DNA of 64,000 bases from a virus (Duplodnaviria; Caudoviricetes), in the IMG/VR virus record IMGVR_UViG_3300028832_000097, positions 32,001-96,000 of that record. One strand, given 5' to 3'. Position 1 is the stretch's first letter. Each line of letters starts with the position of its first letter. Positions 9,238 to 19,388 of this stretch are shown in pieces. The notes below the pieces were generated by a model. It was not told the origin of the DNA. It searched no databases and saw only the letters and a program-made list of their open reading frames with translations. The translations under genes were made by a program, and so were the position numbers.

Positions 9238-9275
9238 AAAAAAAAATAAACCTCAGCCGATGATTGACTGAGGTT
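9238..9275 (-). terminator. Rho-independent terminator
   Basis: AACCTCAGTC/GGCTGAGGTT stem followed by a long T run on the minus strand. Confidence 0.8.
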
Positions 9276-9341
9276 CCTGTGTAGCAATAAATCAGTTTAC
9301 ACGCTATTCAAGTTTAAGATACGTTTAATTATTTATTAGCA

Positions 9342-9791
9342 TCAATAACCGGAGTAAGGCAACTGCTTTTGCAAGTATTGCTCTAGTACCTGCTTCGCCT
9401 TCTGAAGGTCAGCATAATCGCGGATGATGATTTTGTATGTGCCCCATTGAGAATTTTGATAGTTACGAACTTCATCAAGCCCGAAATCATAAAATGCATC
9501 TAGTAATTGTGCATTATCCTTGCTGTCCAGAATTTCCAATACACAAGGATATTTATCAGCAGCCGAAGAACTATACAAGCCGCCCGGCACCCATCCAGAA
9601 GTATCTCGTCTACCTACGCATATGGAAAGTCCATGACCATAATCACGAGGAAATGAAAATACATATTGTTTTGATCCGGAAAGATAATCTTTCTTGAGAT
9701 TATATTCCGAAAATACACGAGTAACTGCATCGCAGATCTCGTCTTTGGTTGAAAATCCATCTGAACTGTTGGCACGAATATATCTTTTCAT
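9342..9791 (-). CDS. Hypothetical protein with class A leader
   Basis: MKRYIRANS. Confidence 0.7.
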   Translation of the reverse strand: MKRYIRANSSDGFSTKDEICDAVTRVFSEYNLKKDYLSGSKQYVFSFPRDYGHGLSICVGRRDTSGWVPGGLYSSSAADKYPCVLEILDSKDNAQLLDAFYDFGLDEVRNYQNSQWGTYKIIIRDYADLQKAKQVLEQYLQKQLPYSGY

Positions 9792-9917
9792 AATCTATTT
9801 CTCATCTTATGCTCATTCTATTTTTGATAAGCTTTTACATGCATCTTCATCTTAGATTATCGTACTAGATTATAGTATAAATTATTTAGTATTATCTAAA
9901 TATCTTATATAATCTAT

Positions 9918-11171
9918 TTATGAGAATGAAATTCTCAATGGGCTAACGACATGCCCTCTATCCCATTGCTCGAAAGCGTTTGGGACTACTTTTTTCATTA
10001 TTTGATATGCACCGTTGATATCTGCATTGATTAGCAGCCCTTCATTTGATTTGAATAATCCTCTGTGAACCCTTCTAGATTTGTTATAGTAATCTTTGTT
10101 AGGTTCTTCACCATCTAAAAAGCTAGTTCCGCTAGTGTATGATTCTTCTGTACAGATTGTATCAATTCCATTAACTTGACCTTTATATTTCACCATATCA
10201 ATAAATCTAGTATGTGGAATATAGACGAAATTCTGATTAGTTCTACTTCCCAGATTGATAGAGCCTTTCCAGCTATCATTCTTACCGATAATTATTGTAT
10301 TGATATCATTCTGAACGCAATATTCAATCAAGTATTTAGAAGCACAATGTAAGTAATCTTCAATCTTCCGACGTCGCTTTTCAGTTAATCTATCAAGACG
10401 ATGTGTCCAATCTAAGTTATGACGGATCTTTGCTTCTGACCTCAATTCTGACTGCTTCTTGTTATAATATTGATTTATAGATTTTAGACTCTTGCCATTG
10501 ATAACAAACGGGTGCAAACTTTGATCGTTTGTCACGCAAGCTGCTAGATTATCTAAACCTAAGTCAATACTTAAATATCTAGAATTGTCAGGCTTGGTAT
10601 CAGGAACCTCAACAGTGTATGCTATAAATATTTCAATTTGATACTTCTTAGAAATTATTTTAATCTCGTTGACTCGCTGAAATCCTTCTTTGTGGAAACA
10701 AGCAGTATAGATTTTCAATCCATTGAATTTCTTCGGCAGCTTGAAAGAACCGTCGGGTAATAGGTATGCGCTATAATCTCTGCCATTAGGACCAGTTGTA
10801 ATTGTAAATGGATATCTACCGTCTTTTTTCAGATACTTTGGTATTTTAGGCTCTCCTGGATATTTATCTGGATTCTGTTTCCAATTTTTATGAGCTGCAA
10901 AGTAAGCTTTCCAAGTACTGGATACTTGCCTTAAAACTTGTTGAGCAGAAGCCATATCTAACATGTTCCGATAATCTCGATATTCTGTATCATCTCGAAG
11001 AATGGATTCAAAATTTGATGCAAACTGAAAATTTTCATTAAACAGTGAGTGCCTTGTGAGATAAAGAGATTTGTTATATAGATTTTTAGCTCTAAAGCAC
11101 AGATCGTCTAATTGTTCAAATCGTGGATCAGATTTAGTTACTATTTGTCTTTCAGTCAACTTAGTCTTCAC
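9918..11171 (-). CDS. tnpB: TnpB RNA-guided nuclease (rearranged RuvC-II type)
   Basis: LYNK helix, SIDLGLDN (RuvC-I), IIIGKN, EESYTS, NADING (RuvC-III); GTG start with AGGAGG RBS. Confidence 0.9.
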   Translation of the reverse strand: MKTKLTERQIVTKSDPRFEQLDDLCFRAKNLYNKSLYLTRHSLFNENFQFASNFESILRDDTEYRDYRNMLDMASAQQVLRQVSSTWKAYFAAHKNWKQNPDKYPGEPKIPKYLKKDGRYPFTITTGPNGRDYSAYLLPDGSFKLPKKFNGLKIYTACFHKEGFQRVNEIKIISKKYQIEIFIAYTVEVPDTKPDNSRYLSIDLGLDNLAACVTNDQSLHPFVINGKSLKSINQYYNKKQSELRSEAKIRHNLDWTHRLDRLTEKRRRKIEDYLHCASKYLIEYCVQNDINTIIIGKNDSWKGSINLGSRTNQNFVYIPHTRFIDMVKYKGQVNGIDTICTEESYTSGTSFLDGEEPNKDYYNKSRRVHRGLFKSNEGLLINADINGAYQIMKKVVPNAFEQWDRGHVVSPLRISFS

Positions 11172-11222
11172 GGTTTCACCTCCTTTCTATATAATTTCAT
11201 GAAGTTGATCCTATTAATTAAT

Positions 11223-11669
11223 TTAATTATTTTCTTCTATCAATTCCTTTATTTTCTTTCTAGTATTCCGCTTAGAATATAATTTCATTGAGTAGCAGTG
11301 TAGCAAGCTAATAATTTCTTCAAAGATTTCCTCACTGTCTAGCTTTGGAGATCCTACTTCGCTCATAACTTCTATTTCACAGTTGTATTTCTTAAAAAGG
11401 TGATAGAATAGATCAAATCCTACTCTAGATAATCTATCTTTGTAGGAAATAACAACTCGTTCAACTCTCCCTTCGATAACATCGTCAAGCATTTCAAAGA
11501 ATTGTGTTCGTTTCTCAAAACTTATTCCGCTTGCAATGTCTGAATAGATAGCTGATATGGAATATCCTTGATTAAAGCACCATTGCCTCAACATCTCTAT
11601 TTGATTTTCGAGATCTTTCTTTTGAGTAGATGCAGAAACTCTAGCATAAATATAAGTCTTGCGCTTCAC
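11223..11669 (-). pseudogene. tnpA: IS607 serine recombinase TnpA lacking the N-terminal HTH
   Basis: YARVS..QK.DL..Q, DIASG and KDRLSR motifs. The upstream in-frame remnant SDVYKIAYGN is preceded by a stop, and there is no RBS. Confidence 0.75.
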
Positions 11670-11694
11670 ATTTCCGTAAGCTATCTTATATACA

Positions 11695-11916
11695 TCAGAA
11701 TTTGTTTATATATTTTTCGTAGATTGCATCAAACCCGCCTTCCCATCGCTCTATCCACTTAACGCATTCTTGCCGACTAGAAAATCCAGAATCGTATCCA
11801 TGTTCATATAAGTAATCTGATACTTCCTTAGCTTGTTCAGTATTTAATTCAGAATTCTGCGAAATGAATCTAGGGCTAAAGATTCCATTCCAAGACGCTT
11901 TTATATATCTCTTCAT
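11695..11916 (-). CDS. Hypothetical protein with class A leader
   Basis: Start refined to 11916 (GGAGG RBS); MKRYIKAS. Confidence 0.7.
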   Translation of the reverse strand: MKRYIKASWNGIFSPRFISQNSELNTEQAKEVSDYLYEHGYDSGFSSRQECVKWIERWEGGFDAIYEKYINKF

Positions 11917-11936
11917 AATGGGTTTCCTCCTGTTAT

Positions 11937-12260
11937 TTACCAAGTAGCTGTCATAACTAATCTATTTCTTAGATATGCAGGTCTACCCTTGTATTTTATC
12001 ATACTCCTAGTGTTGAATTCACCCTTAGTCAGGTACTGAACATCTCGCTTTTCAAATGATATATCAAAACCATTATCAGCAAACCACTTACCTAACATTC
12101 CGTCGTCCATAACAAATTCTACAGTAGAATCTGGGCCGAACGGAATTACAATTCGATGATTAGCTAAATCAACTGTGCTTCCTTTGAAGCCCTCGGCAAA
12201 CTCAACCGCTTGGTCTAATGTTGATTTTGGTATTTCTGTGCATCTAATGTATCGTTTCAT
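11937..12260 (-). CDS. Hypothetical protein with class A leader
   Basis: MKRYIRCT. Confidence 0.7.
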   Translation of the reverse strand: MKRYIRCTEIPKSTLDQAVEFAEGFKGSTVDLANHRIVIPFGPDSTVEFVMDDGMLGKWFADNGFDISFEKRDVQYLTKGEFNTRSMIKYKGRPAYLRNRLVMTATW

Positions 12261-12287
12261 TAAAAGGTACCTCTCATGTTTATCAAA

Positions 12288-12689
12288 TTACTCATCATAA
12301 CGACGTGTATAATAATGCAGACGTTTCTGCAGATTTCGCATACAATTCTTTGTGCGCCATTCTGATTCGGTCCACTCGATAGTTGAACTAGTTTCACCAA
12401 TGACTGTAAATTCAAATCGAATGACTATCACATATTCACCCCAAACCATGTGTTTAGGGAATACTTCAATTTCGTCAATCTCTACATTAGGGTATTTATT
12501 AGCAAAAGCAACAAGTTTTGGCTCTACTTCTGCTAGTAATTCAGCACATTCATTATCCATCAAAGATTGACGTTTCTCAGCTGCGTTGCGACGATTACTA
12601 GCAATATCATCAGAAATTGGATATTCATACACAATCTCATTGGACTTACTTAAAAAATTTGTTGTTGTAGATTTAATGTATCGTTTCAT
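12288..12689 (-). CDS. Hypothetical protein with class A leader
   Basis: MKRYIKST. Confidence 0.7.
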   Translation of the reverse strand: MKRYIKSTTTNFLSKSNEIVYEYPISDDIASNRRNAAEKRQSLMDNECAELLAEVEPKLVAFANKYPNVEIDEIEVFPKHMVWGEYVIVIRFEFTVIGETSSTIEWTESEWRTKNCMRNLQKRLHYYTRRYDE

Positions 12690-12708
12690 TGAGAGTGTCT
12701 CTTAGTTG

Positions 12709-12927
12709 TCAGAACTGACATTCAATTGTATTGTTATCAACTGTGGTCTTAGATTGCCATTTGCACCCAGGGAAAGTTTCGTTGAATTCTTCTGTTGTAA
12801 GATCTGGAAAATATCCAGAGAATTCTGAATTAATGATGTCGATGATATCATCTGCAGAAAGATGTTCAGAAATCATGTAACCTACTACTCTATTACGATT
12901 AGTAGCGAAAATTGGAACTATAGTCAT
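12709..12927 (-). CDS. Hypothetical protein
   Basis: AAGGAG RBS; N-terminus MTIVPIFAT. Confidence 0.6.
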   Translation of the reverse strand: MTIVPIFATNRNRVVGYMISEHLSADDIIDIINSEFSGYFPDLTTEEFNETFPGCKWQSKTTVDNNTIECQF

Positions 12928-12940
12928 GAATTATATCTCC

Positions 12941-12964
12941 TTATGTTTTTATGTATCGTTTCAT
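12941..12964 (-). other. Leader-only mini-ORF MKRYIKT*
   Basis: ATG AAA CGA TAC ATA AAA ACA TAA between two genes. Confidence 0.6.
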
Positions 12965-12969
12965 GTTAA

Positions 12970-13875
12970 TCACCAATCATATTCAGTTTCAAGTATCTTA
13001 CGCATACTTGTAATTTCACGACGAATACTACGAAGTTGTTTGAATGCTTCTCGTGTAGCATAAGAATTAAGTCCCATATCTTCTCCATATTTTTCTATAC
13101 TCTGCTTGACAGATTCGAGGCTATGAAGAGCAATCCTATAATCACGAACTGAATTTCCAAAACGATGCATTAGATTTTCATATGCGGTGCTAGAATAATC
13201 AAGATTACCTTCACGGTCCTTACCAAACGTGAATGAATCTACGTTGAATAGATCATCTTTCAGAGCTGCAAGGTCATCATGAACTTCTTGAGCTGTTTCA
13301 GCAAGTTTGTCTAACCCCTCCTTAGAGCTATAGAATTTTAACAGTCTTTCATCAGGATTAGGGATTATGTAGCCTGACTTATCACGTTTATCACTACCAT
13401 ATCTACCGCGAGAAGTTGTTCTACCTTGTGCGGACCAACCGCCTGCATCCCAACTAGACGCGTCTTTGTAGTATTGACCAGCATACTTGCCATATTGATC
13501 ATATCTAGGATCTTGATAGCGCTCCTTACTAGGCTTGGCGTTATCTGCGATATTTACATAGACAATGTCTGCAATAGGCAGATTTTTCTTTGCAATATAC
13601 TTTACTGCCTTATATCCACCATCATAAGGATCTGTGAAATACTCGTTGTCGTTGTATAGTCCTGGAATCCAAACTGTAGGCCATGTGCGAGATGCACCCT
13701 GTTTCTGCAATAAGTAGACTGTATACTGCTCGCCACTTTTTCCTGTTTTTGATGTGCTGAATGTAGCATTCTTCAAATCAATTCCAGCCCTAGCAAGTGC
13801 TCTGAGCGCATTCTTATCATTTTGCAGCCAACTAGGTATCCAGTTATCAAATGATGCTCTAATGTACCTTTTCAT
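12970..13875 (-). CDS. Hypothetical protein with class A leader
   Basis: MKRYIRAS; AAGGAG RBS; AACCTT motif at 13946-13951. Confidence 0.75.
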   Translation of the reverse strand: MKRYIRASFDNWIPSWLQNDKNALRALARAGIDLKNATFSTSKTGKSGEQYTVYLLQKQGASRTWPTVWIPGLYNDNEYFTDPYDGGYKAVKYIAKKNLPIADIVYVNIADNAKPSKERYQDPRYDQYGKYAGQYYKDASSWDAGGWSAQGRTTSRGRYGSDKRDKSGYIIPNPDERLLKFYSSKEGLDKLAETAQEVHDDLAALKDDLFNVDSFTFGKDREGNLDYSSTAYENLMHRFGNSVRDYRIALHSLESVKQSIEKYGEDMGLNSYATREAFKQLRSIRREITSMRKILETEYDW

Positions 13876-13957
13876 ACGATTTCTCCTTTATGTGGGTATA
13901 GTTACTTCAACTAATTACTCAATTGTGTAGTATCATAACATATGAAAGGTTAAAGCA

Positions 13958-14269
13958 TCAACAATCTATTGATGATTTTATTTTATTATACAGTGGTAGA
14001 ATACTTTCAGGAATATCTCTAGCAATTTGTTTAATGTTAATATCATAATATACCTGTAACGCCGTGATACTTAACGATAACTCCTCGATTGTAGGTATCT
14101 TAATAGTTTCCCCACCCGCATACTTGCACAGGGTTATCAGGCTATCTGCGCCAATTATAGAAAATAATTCAGGTAACCATGCATATTCAGGAACTTCATG
14201 CAAGACAGGCATCAGTTCAAGTAAATATGCAAAATCAACTTCTTCAGATTTACTTAAGTTATTCTTCAT
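13958..14269 (-). CDS. Mor-like DNA-binding protein (tentative)
   Basis: IIG...L...GGETIKIP pattern; start refined to 14269. Confidence 0.4.
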   Translation of the reverse strand: MKNNLSKSEEVDFAYLLELMPVLHEVPEYAWLPELFSIIGADSLITLCKYAGGETIKIPTIEELSLSITALQVYYDINIKQIARDIPESILPLYNKIKSSIDC

Positions 14270-14733
14270 ACATTTTCGTGTATTCATCAAGAAATCTAGG
14301 GATATCTTGATTAGCAAGTTGCTGAAATACTACACTTAGGTCAGAAGCAGGTAAATTAATATTCTCCATTGCAGTATTGAGCAACTGAGTTTGTAAATAC
14401 AGCTTGATCTGATTGATATCTGATTTTGTCATAGATTCCTCCGAGTATATTCGTCAAGTTCATTCCCTAATACGTTAGGATGATATTTTTCGTATCGCAA
14501 TGTAGGTTCAAAATCTGAATGAACCTCCTTCTGGCACTGAGATATAAGAAATTTAAGTAATTGCAAAAATCGTTTCATTTAGGTTCTGCCCTCTTTGCTG
14601 CTGTACCTTCAGTATGTATGCTACTATATAGTTCATTACGCCAGCAGTTAAATCTATGCACATCTTCTTTGTTAGATTTATCTAAATTAGCAAGTGCTTC
14701 TCTAACAGCTTTCAAATATTCCGCGTGTGTCAT
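14259..14733 (-). other. Three translationally coupled small ORFs (14259-14432, 14429-14578, 14575-14733)
   Basis: Manual translation gives 57, 49 and 52 aa ORFs with overlapping stop/start codons that fill the gap. Confidence 0.55.
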
Positions 14734-16527
14734 TTAATTCTCCTTAGAAATATTTACTACGTTTACAGAATCTATGTAATCAGGTAATGCAACCACACCT
14801 GCAATGATCAGTTGAACATCCGATACGTTGCTAAGTCGTTCAAACAAACTACACAGATTAGTAGGATCTAGATGATCAAACAAATCATCTACCACAAGCA
14901 ATTTAAGATTAGAAGAGGACTGCTTGACTAATGCAACTAATAAAGCTAGAGTATATATACATTTTTCTCCGCTAGACAATAGATCAAAAGTTATGTATTT
15001 GTTGTTTCGCACAAGCCCAAAACTAAATGTGTTTGTCTTACCCTGTGAATTGAACTGTATCTTTGCATCAGAAAATACTTGGGGTAAGTAGTCTGTAATA
15101 GATTTTGAAAATTCTACAAATGGATCGTCTCCGGAAGTTGCTTGCAACCCATTGATGCCGGTAAGTGCATCCCACTTTTTCAAAATATCAACACTCTGAT
15201 CTATCATTGATTTTTCTTGAGTAAGTGTATCGATCATTGTTTGATACTTCTGGTTAGCTTCTAGCTTGATTAATGAATCATGTAACTGATCTAATTTGCT
15301 GTTTATATCTTCCATAGTACAAAGATCATTCGGTATCTCTGGAAGCGGAAGTATAGCTGCATTTAATACTGCTATCTTATGATTTGTTAGCTCTGAATCC
15401 TGAAGCTGTTGTTTTTTAACAGATAATTTAGTTTTTATAGATGAAAGCTCTTCTTGAAGTTTAAGTACTTGTGTTTTATATTCAGACAGCTTTGCAGTAT
15501 CTTGTATAACTTGATTTCGATAAGATGCGACTAACACAGATATTTCATTGCAATGACTTGCAGTATAAGGGCATACACCTCCACCGTTTATAACTTTTGT
15601 TTTCATAGAAATTTCAGACTCTAGCCCAGCAATACTTGGATTGAGTTTAAGTATCTTAGCGGATACTGCGTCAAAATCAATCTGTAAAGTTTCAATGTTG
15701 CTTCGTAACTCATCTATATCAACATCATTATGTAAATTGTTTATTTGCATTCTAACTGTATCATTCTTAGAACGCACTGTATTGTAGTCAATTAGCAACT
15801 GCTTCTGAGCTTCATACTTACTGATTTCAGATTTGATAGCATCAACTGACATAGTAGATGAAAAATCATCGTAGTATACTAAAGATTGCATGGTGTTTTG
15901 CAATCTTTGTGCAGACTGCTTCTTAAATGATAACATAGATTTGATATATTCATTGGCCTTCCTCAATTCTTCAATTCCAGATAGACCGAATGATTTTATT
16001 TCAGAAACAGTAGTAGGCAGTAATTCTGTATCCAGTATATTAGCTACACCGCTATTATTAGACAGAACAGTCTCCCAATCAGTTTCAAAAGATGTGCTAG
16101 GTAAGAAGTTTAAGAACCAATCTTTCAAACTATTAGAAGTCATGTTTATGAAATCACTGAAATTAAATACAGGTAATTCAATATCTGATATTATATCGTC
16201 AATTGTGTAGTTATCTGGGTCTATCGTGAACGTATTAACATATTTGACACCACATCGAGATAATGACCTAAACAATCGAATTTCACCACTATCTGACTCA
16301 ATATGCAATTCAACATTCATAGAATTCTTACTAGAATGTCTAAACAATGCTTCGTAACTATTTTTCTTTGTGCCGGGTACATATCCAAATAGCCCGTACT
16401 CTATAGCATTTAATATAGTTGATTTACCAGCACCATTAGGCCCTGTGATGTAATTTATGTTGTCGAATTCATATGTTTTGCTATCAACATTGTGAAATCC
16501 AGAAATGGTTATTGATTTAAGTTTCAT
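14734..16527 (-). CDS. SbcC/Rad50-like SMC ATPase
   Basis: GPNGAGKS Walker A, coiled coils with a central CPYxxxxC hook, LSSGEK signature, LLVVDD Walker B; start refined to 16527. Confidence 0.85.
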   Translation of the reverse strand: MKLKSITISGFHNVDSKTYEFDNINYITGPNGAGKSTILNAIEYGLFGYVPGTKKNSYEALFRHSSKNSMNVELHIESDSGEIRLFRSLSRCGVKYVNTFTIDPDNYTIDDIISDIELPVFNFSDFINMTSNSLKDWFLNFLPSTSFETDWETVLSNNSGVANILDTELLPTTVSEIKSFGLSGIEELRKANEYIKSMLSFKKQSAQRLQNTMQSLVYYDDFSSTMSVDAIKSEISKYEAQKQLLIDYNTVRSKNDTVRMQINNLHNDVDIDELRSNIETLQIDFDAVSAKILKLNPSIAGLESEISMKTKVINGGGVCPYTASHCNEISVLVASYRNQVIQDTAKLSEYKTQVLKLQEELSSIKTKLSVKKQQLQDSELTNHKIAVLNAAILPLPEIPNDLCTMEDINSKLDQLHDSLIKLEANQKYQTMIDTLTQEKSMIDQSVDILKKWDALTGINGLQATSGDDPFVEFSKSITDYLPQVFSDAKIQFNSQGKTNTFSFGLVRNNKYITFDLLSSGEKCIYTLALLVALVKQSSSNLKLLVVDDLFDHLDPTNLCSLFERLSNVSDVQLIIAGVVALPDYIDSVNVVNISKEN

Positions 16528-16569
16528 ATTTACCGCGCCTTTCAATATTATATGTTGAAGTATAACGAT

Positions 16570-16971
16570 TCAACGTACTCTTGTCCATCTCCTTCGTTTT
16601 CCTGAAACAGATAACTGATATTCGTATATCCCAGGCACTAAGAGTCCACTGTGAATAGTAACATTACCTAGTACGTCATAACTATCTAATATTTCTGGAA
16701 AATGATACTTCAATACATGCTCCAATACAGAGGTTTTATTAACATCATGTTTAAGATGTACATTAGGATATACATATATACTTGGATCAAATATTATGTA
16801 TTTGTTGAAGTCCTTTCCTGCAATATCTAAAATATCAAGTTGTCGGGATCTGTCATCGTCAACTCCTATTATACATCGATACGTTACCTTGCGGCAATCG
16901 GCACGACTTGATAAATGCGAAGATAATGCACGCAGAAATTGTTCAGTTAATACAGTCCTATTCATTTCCAT
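16570..16971 (-). CDS. Hypothetical protein
   Basis: Overlaps the helicase stop. Confidence 0.55.
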   Translation of the reverse strand: MEMNRTVLTEQFLRALSSHLSSRADCRKVTYRCIIGVDDDRSRQLDILDIAGKDFNKYIIFDPSIYVYPNVHLKHDVNKTSVLEHVLKYHFPEILDSYDVLGNVTIHSGLLVPGIYEYQLSVSGKRRRWTRVR

Positions 16972-18526
16972 TGCCTTTCAATACACATAGATTATTTTTT
17001 GCTCGAGTGATCCCTACATAATATAAATTGAAATTATCTTCGTTGTCCAATCGAAATGTAGAAGTATGCACTCTATTTAATATAACATTATCATATTCTA
17101 ATCCCTTTGCAGAATGTATAGTACCTACATACAGACCTGCATTAGAATCTTTATATTTAAGTATGATTATGCTTAACGCATATATCACATCATCCTTACA
17201 AGTTATGTCACTACTAACTTCCCATAGAATATCCTTGTCTATGTTGTAAAATTCGGCTAATTGCATCAAATGTATTGCATAACTTGATGTATCTCCTAGT
17301 TGCAGCTTAAGTTGCAATATTTCATCAAAGTACTTATGAACAGATTCATTGTTAAATGATTCAACTAACTGTGTACTTGATAGTTCAGGATTCAAAGAAC
17401 GCTGTCGTATAAACTCTACAAATTCATCTTGTGATAAAAACTTAGAAAGGAATGTAACTGCATACATATCATCCAAACAAGATTCATACACATCTACACT
17501 ATAACATAGCTGTAAGTATTTTTCGTAGTTCATGAAATATTGTGCATACCGAGTACGTATATTATCAACTTCTTTGTTAGTTCTGCACAATACTGCAGTA
17601 ACCCCACCTAATGATAAATAGTCGGAAATATGTTTATCCAATGTGTCAATGGTATCTACGATTACATCGGAACCTTCTCGCTCAGAACGTATTTCTATTC
17701 TATATTGGTTATCTGCATAATGACTCATAGAATTTGCAAACCTACATATTTGTTTTGTTGATCTATAGTTTTGCATGAGGCGTAATGTGGCCCAATTTGG
17801 GTCTGCAGCTAGTTCTTTTATTAATCTAGACGTAGTTCCTCGGAAGGAATAAAGATTCTGTAACGCATCCCCTACTACAAATATACTCGCATCGGGAAAT
17901 GAAGTTACAAATCTCCACTGCACTTCATCACTATCTTGGAATTCATCTACCATTATAACTTTATACGTATATTTATACTGCTGTACTAATGGAGAATCCT
18001 CTACAAATAACTTACAAACATCGTTACATATCTTATCAAATGTTATAGCATTGTTTTTCTGGAGCAATCTATCTAAAAATTTCTGGAATACTGTGTATTC
18101 AAATTTATGATTAGGTGTAGTTAGATTCTCACCATGTAATTGTTTTGCAGATAATTTAACACCACTGTCTAACTTAGCAGTACTGACCAAAAGCTTGTAT
18201 TCAGCATCACTTATTATATGAGGTATGAAATCATAACCTAAACATCTGCGTAACTCTGCATCTTTAACAATCAACGAATAGCAGAATGCATGGAATGTTT
18301 TGAATTCCGGAGAATTTGCACCCTCAAATCTATCTCGCATATTCTGTGCAGCAGCATTTGTGAATGTAAGTACTAGAATAGATTGTGGAGATACGCCGTC
18401 TGCTATTAGTCGGTTTATTCTATGTAACATGGAAAATGTCTTACCAGTACCTGCACCGGCAAGACATACAATATATGGATGATTACATTCAACGACTACT
18501 TCCTGCTCGTAATTTAACTGGCTCAT
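16958..18526 (-). CDS. UvrD/PcrA-like SF1 helicase
   Basis: AGAGTGKT, DEFQD, VGDxxQxLYxFRG, NYRS, TIHSAKGLE, YVGITRA. Confidence 0.92.
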   Translation of the reverse strand: MSQLNYEQEVVVECNHPYIVCLAGAGTGKTFSMLHRINRLIADGVSPQSILVLTFTNAAAQNMRDRFEGANSPEFKTFHAFCYSLIVKDAELRRCLGYDFIPHIISDAEYKLLVSTAKLDSGVKLSAKQLHGENLTTPNHKFEYTVFQKFLDRLLQKNNAITFDKICNDVCKLFVEDSPLVQQYKYTYKVIMVDEFQDSDEVQWRFVTSFPDASIFVVGDALQNLYSFRGTTSRLIKELAADPNWATLRLMQNYRSTKQICRFANSMSHYADNQYRIEIRSEREGSDVIVDTIDTLDKHISDYLSLGGVTAVLCRTNKEVDNIRTRYAQYFMNYEKYLQLCYSVDVYESCLDDMYAVTFLSKFLSQDEFVEFIRQRSLNPELSSTQLVESFNNESVHKYFDEILQLKLQLGDTSSYAIHLMQLAEFYNIDKDILWEVSSDITCKDDVIYALSIIILKYKDSNAGLYVGTIHSAKGLEYDNVILNRVHTSTFRLDNEDNFNLYYVGITRAKNNLCVLKGNGNE

Positions 18527-18890
18527 ATTTATGTCCTCGGCACACTACATTATAAGTTTGAACACTTTTTTGATATAATTTCTTGTATCCACCATGACAT
18601 ACAACGTCAAAGTAAAGTGCAGAACTGTAATTAGCAAGCATATTTATGTATTCATGGTTCTTGGCTAATATCATACACCCTAGTCCTGCAATATTAGGCA
18701 TGAAATGATAACATGTCCAGGCAATCAAAGTAATTACTGAAGCAACGATGGTTGTGTTAGTAAGTGCTGATACATGCAGCAAATATCCTTGGTCAATGTC
18801 GCTATGTGTCAACATGATAGCTTCAAAACATAACCATACCGCAATGCCTGACCATAAACATGATGTTGCAATAATCAGTTTACGTTTCAT
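18489..18890 (-). CDS. Membrane protein
   Basis: Two hydrophobic segments; GGAGG RBS. Confidence 0.55.
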   Translation of the reverse strand: MKRKLIIATSCLWSGIAVWLCFEAIMLTHSDIDQGYLLHVSALTNTTIVASVITLIAWTCYHFMPNIAGLGCMILAKNHEYINMLANYSSALYFDVVCHGGYKKLYQKSVQTYNVVCRGHKYEPVKLRAGSSR

Positions 18891-18979
18891 ACTCGTACCT
18901 CCTTAAATTAGTTTGTTACACACAATAACGATTCACCGATTATCTCGATGAATCGTCATTGCTAGCAGAAAAAATGATG

Positions 18980-19372
18980 TCAGATTAGCTTAACATCCTG
19001 TATATTCACGTAAGTGTCTACTTCGGCATTAGAAGTATCAATTTCATCGTCATCATAGAACCTAACACCGTATATGCTGTATTCAATAGTAACTTTTAAT
19101 TCTACTAAATAGTCACCTGGAGTAGTAACACCAAATGAAACTACGTCAGCGGCTGCGTTTATGAGCTCTTCTTCAAGTTCATCACTAGAAATGACAAGCA
19201 GAGCATACTCGTTATCATAGATGTCTTCAATACCTTCAGTATCTGTGAATTCAATGTAGTCCGGACCTACATACATAGGCAAAGTCAGTTCCAGTGTTAT
19301 TACATCAGATGTATCTTCAGATACACTATCAGGAACATCCATCCAAGGTTCATGTCTATCATTGTATCCCAT
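18980..19372 (-). CDS. Acidic hypothetical protein
   Basis: Start refined to 19372 (GGAGG RBS); D/E-rich. Confidence 0.6.
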   Translation of the reverse strand: MGYNDRHEPWMDVPDSVSEDTSDVITLELTLPMYVGPDYIEFTDTEGIEDIYDNEYALLVISSDELEEELINAAADVVSFGVTTPGDYLVELKVTIEYSIYGVRFYDDDEIDTSNAEVDTYVNIQDVKLI

Positions 19373-19388
19373 ATTGTTTAAACCTCCA

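Larger units (their letters stand above)
9800..11697 (-). mobile_element. IS607-family element, 5'-truncated (ends approximate)
   Basis: Serine-recombinase tnpA fragment followed by tnpB, inserted within a leader-gene cluster. Confidence 0.75.

Noticed and set aside
18489-18890. MKRKLIIATS as another cargo leader
   Set aside because: It runs straight into a transmembrane helix and follows an ATCGTTA motif, so it is more likely a membrane anchor.
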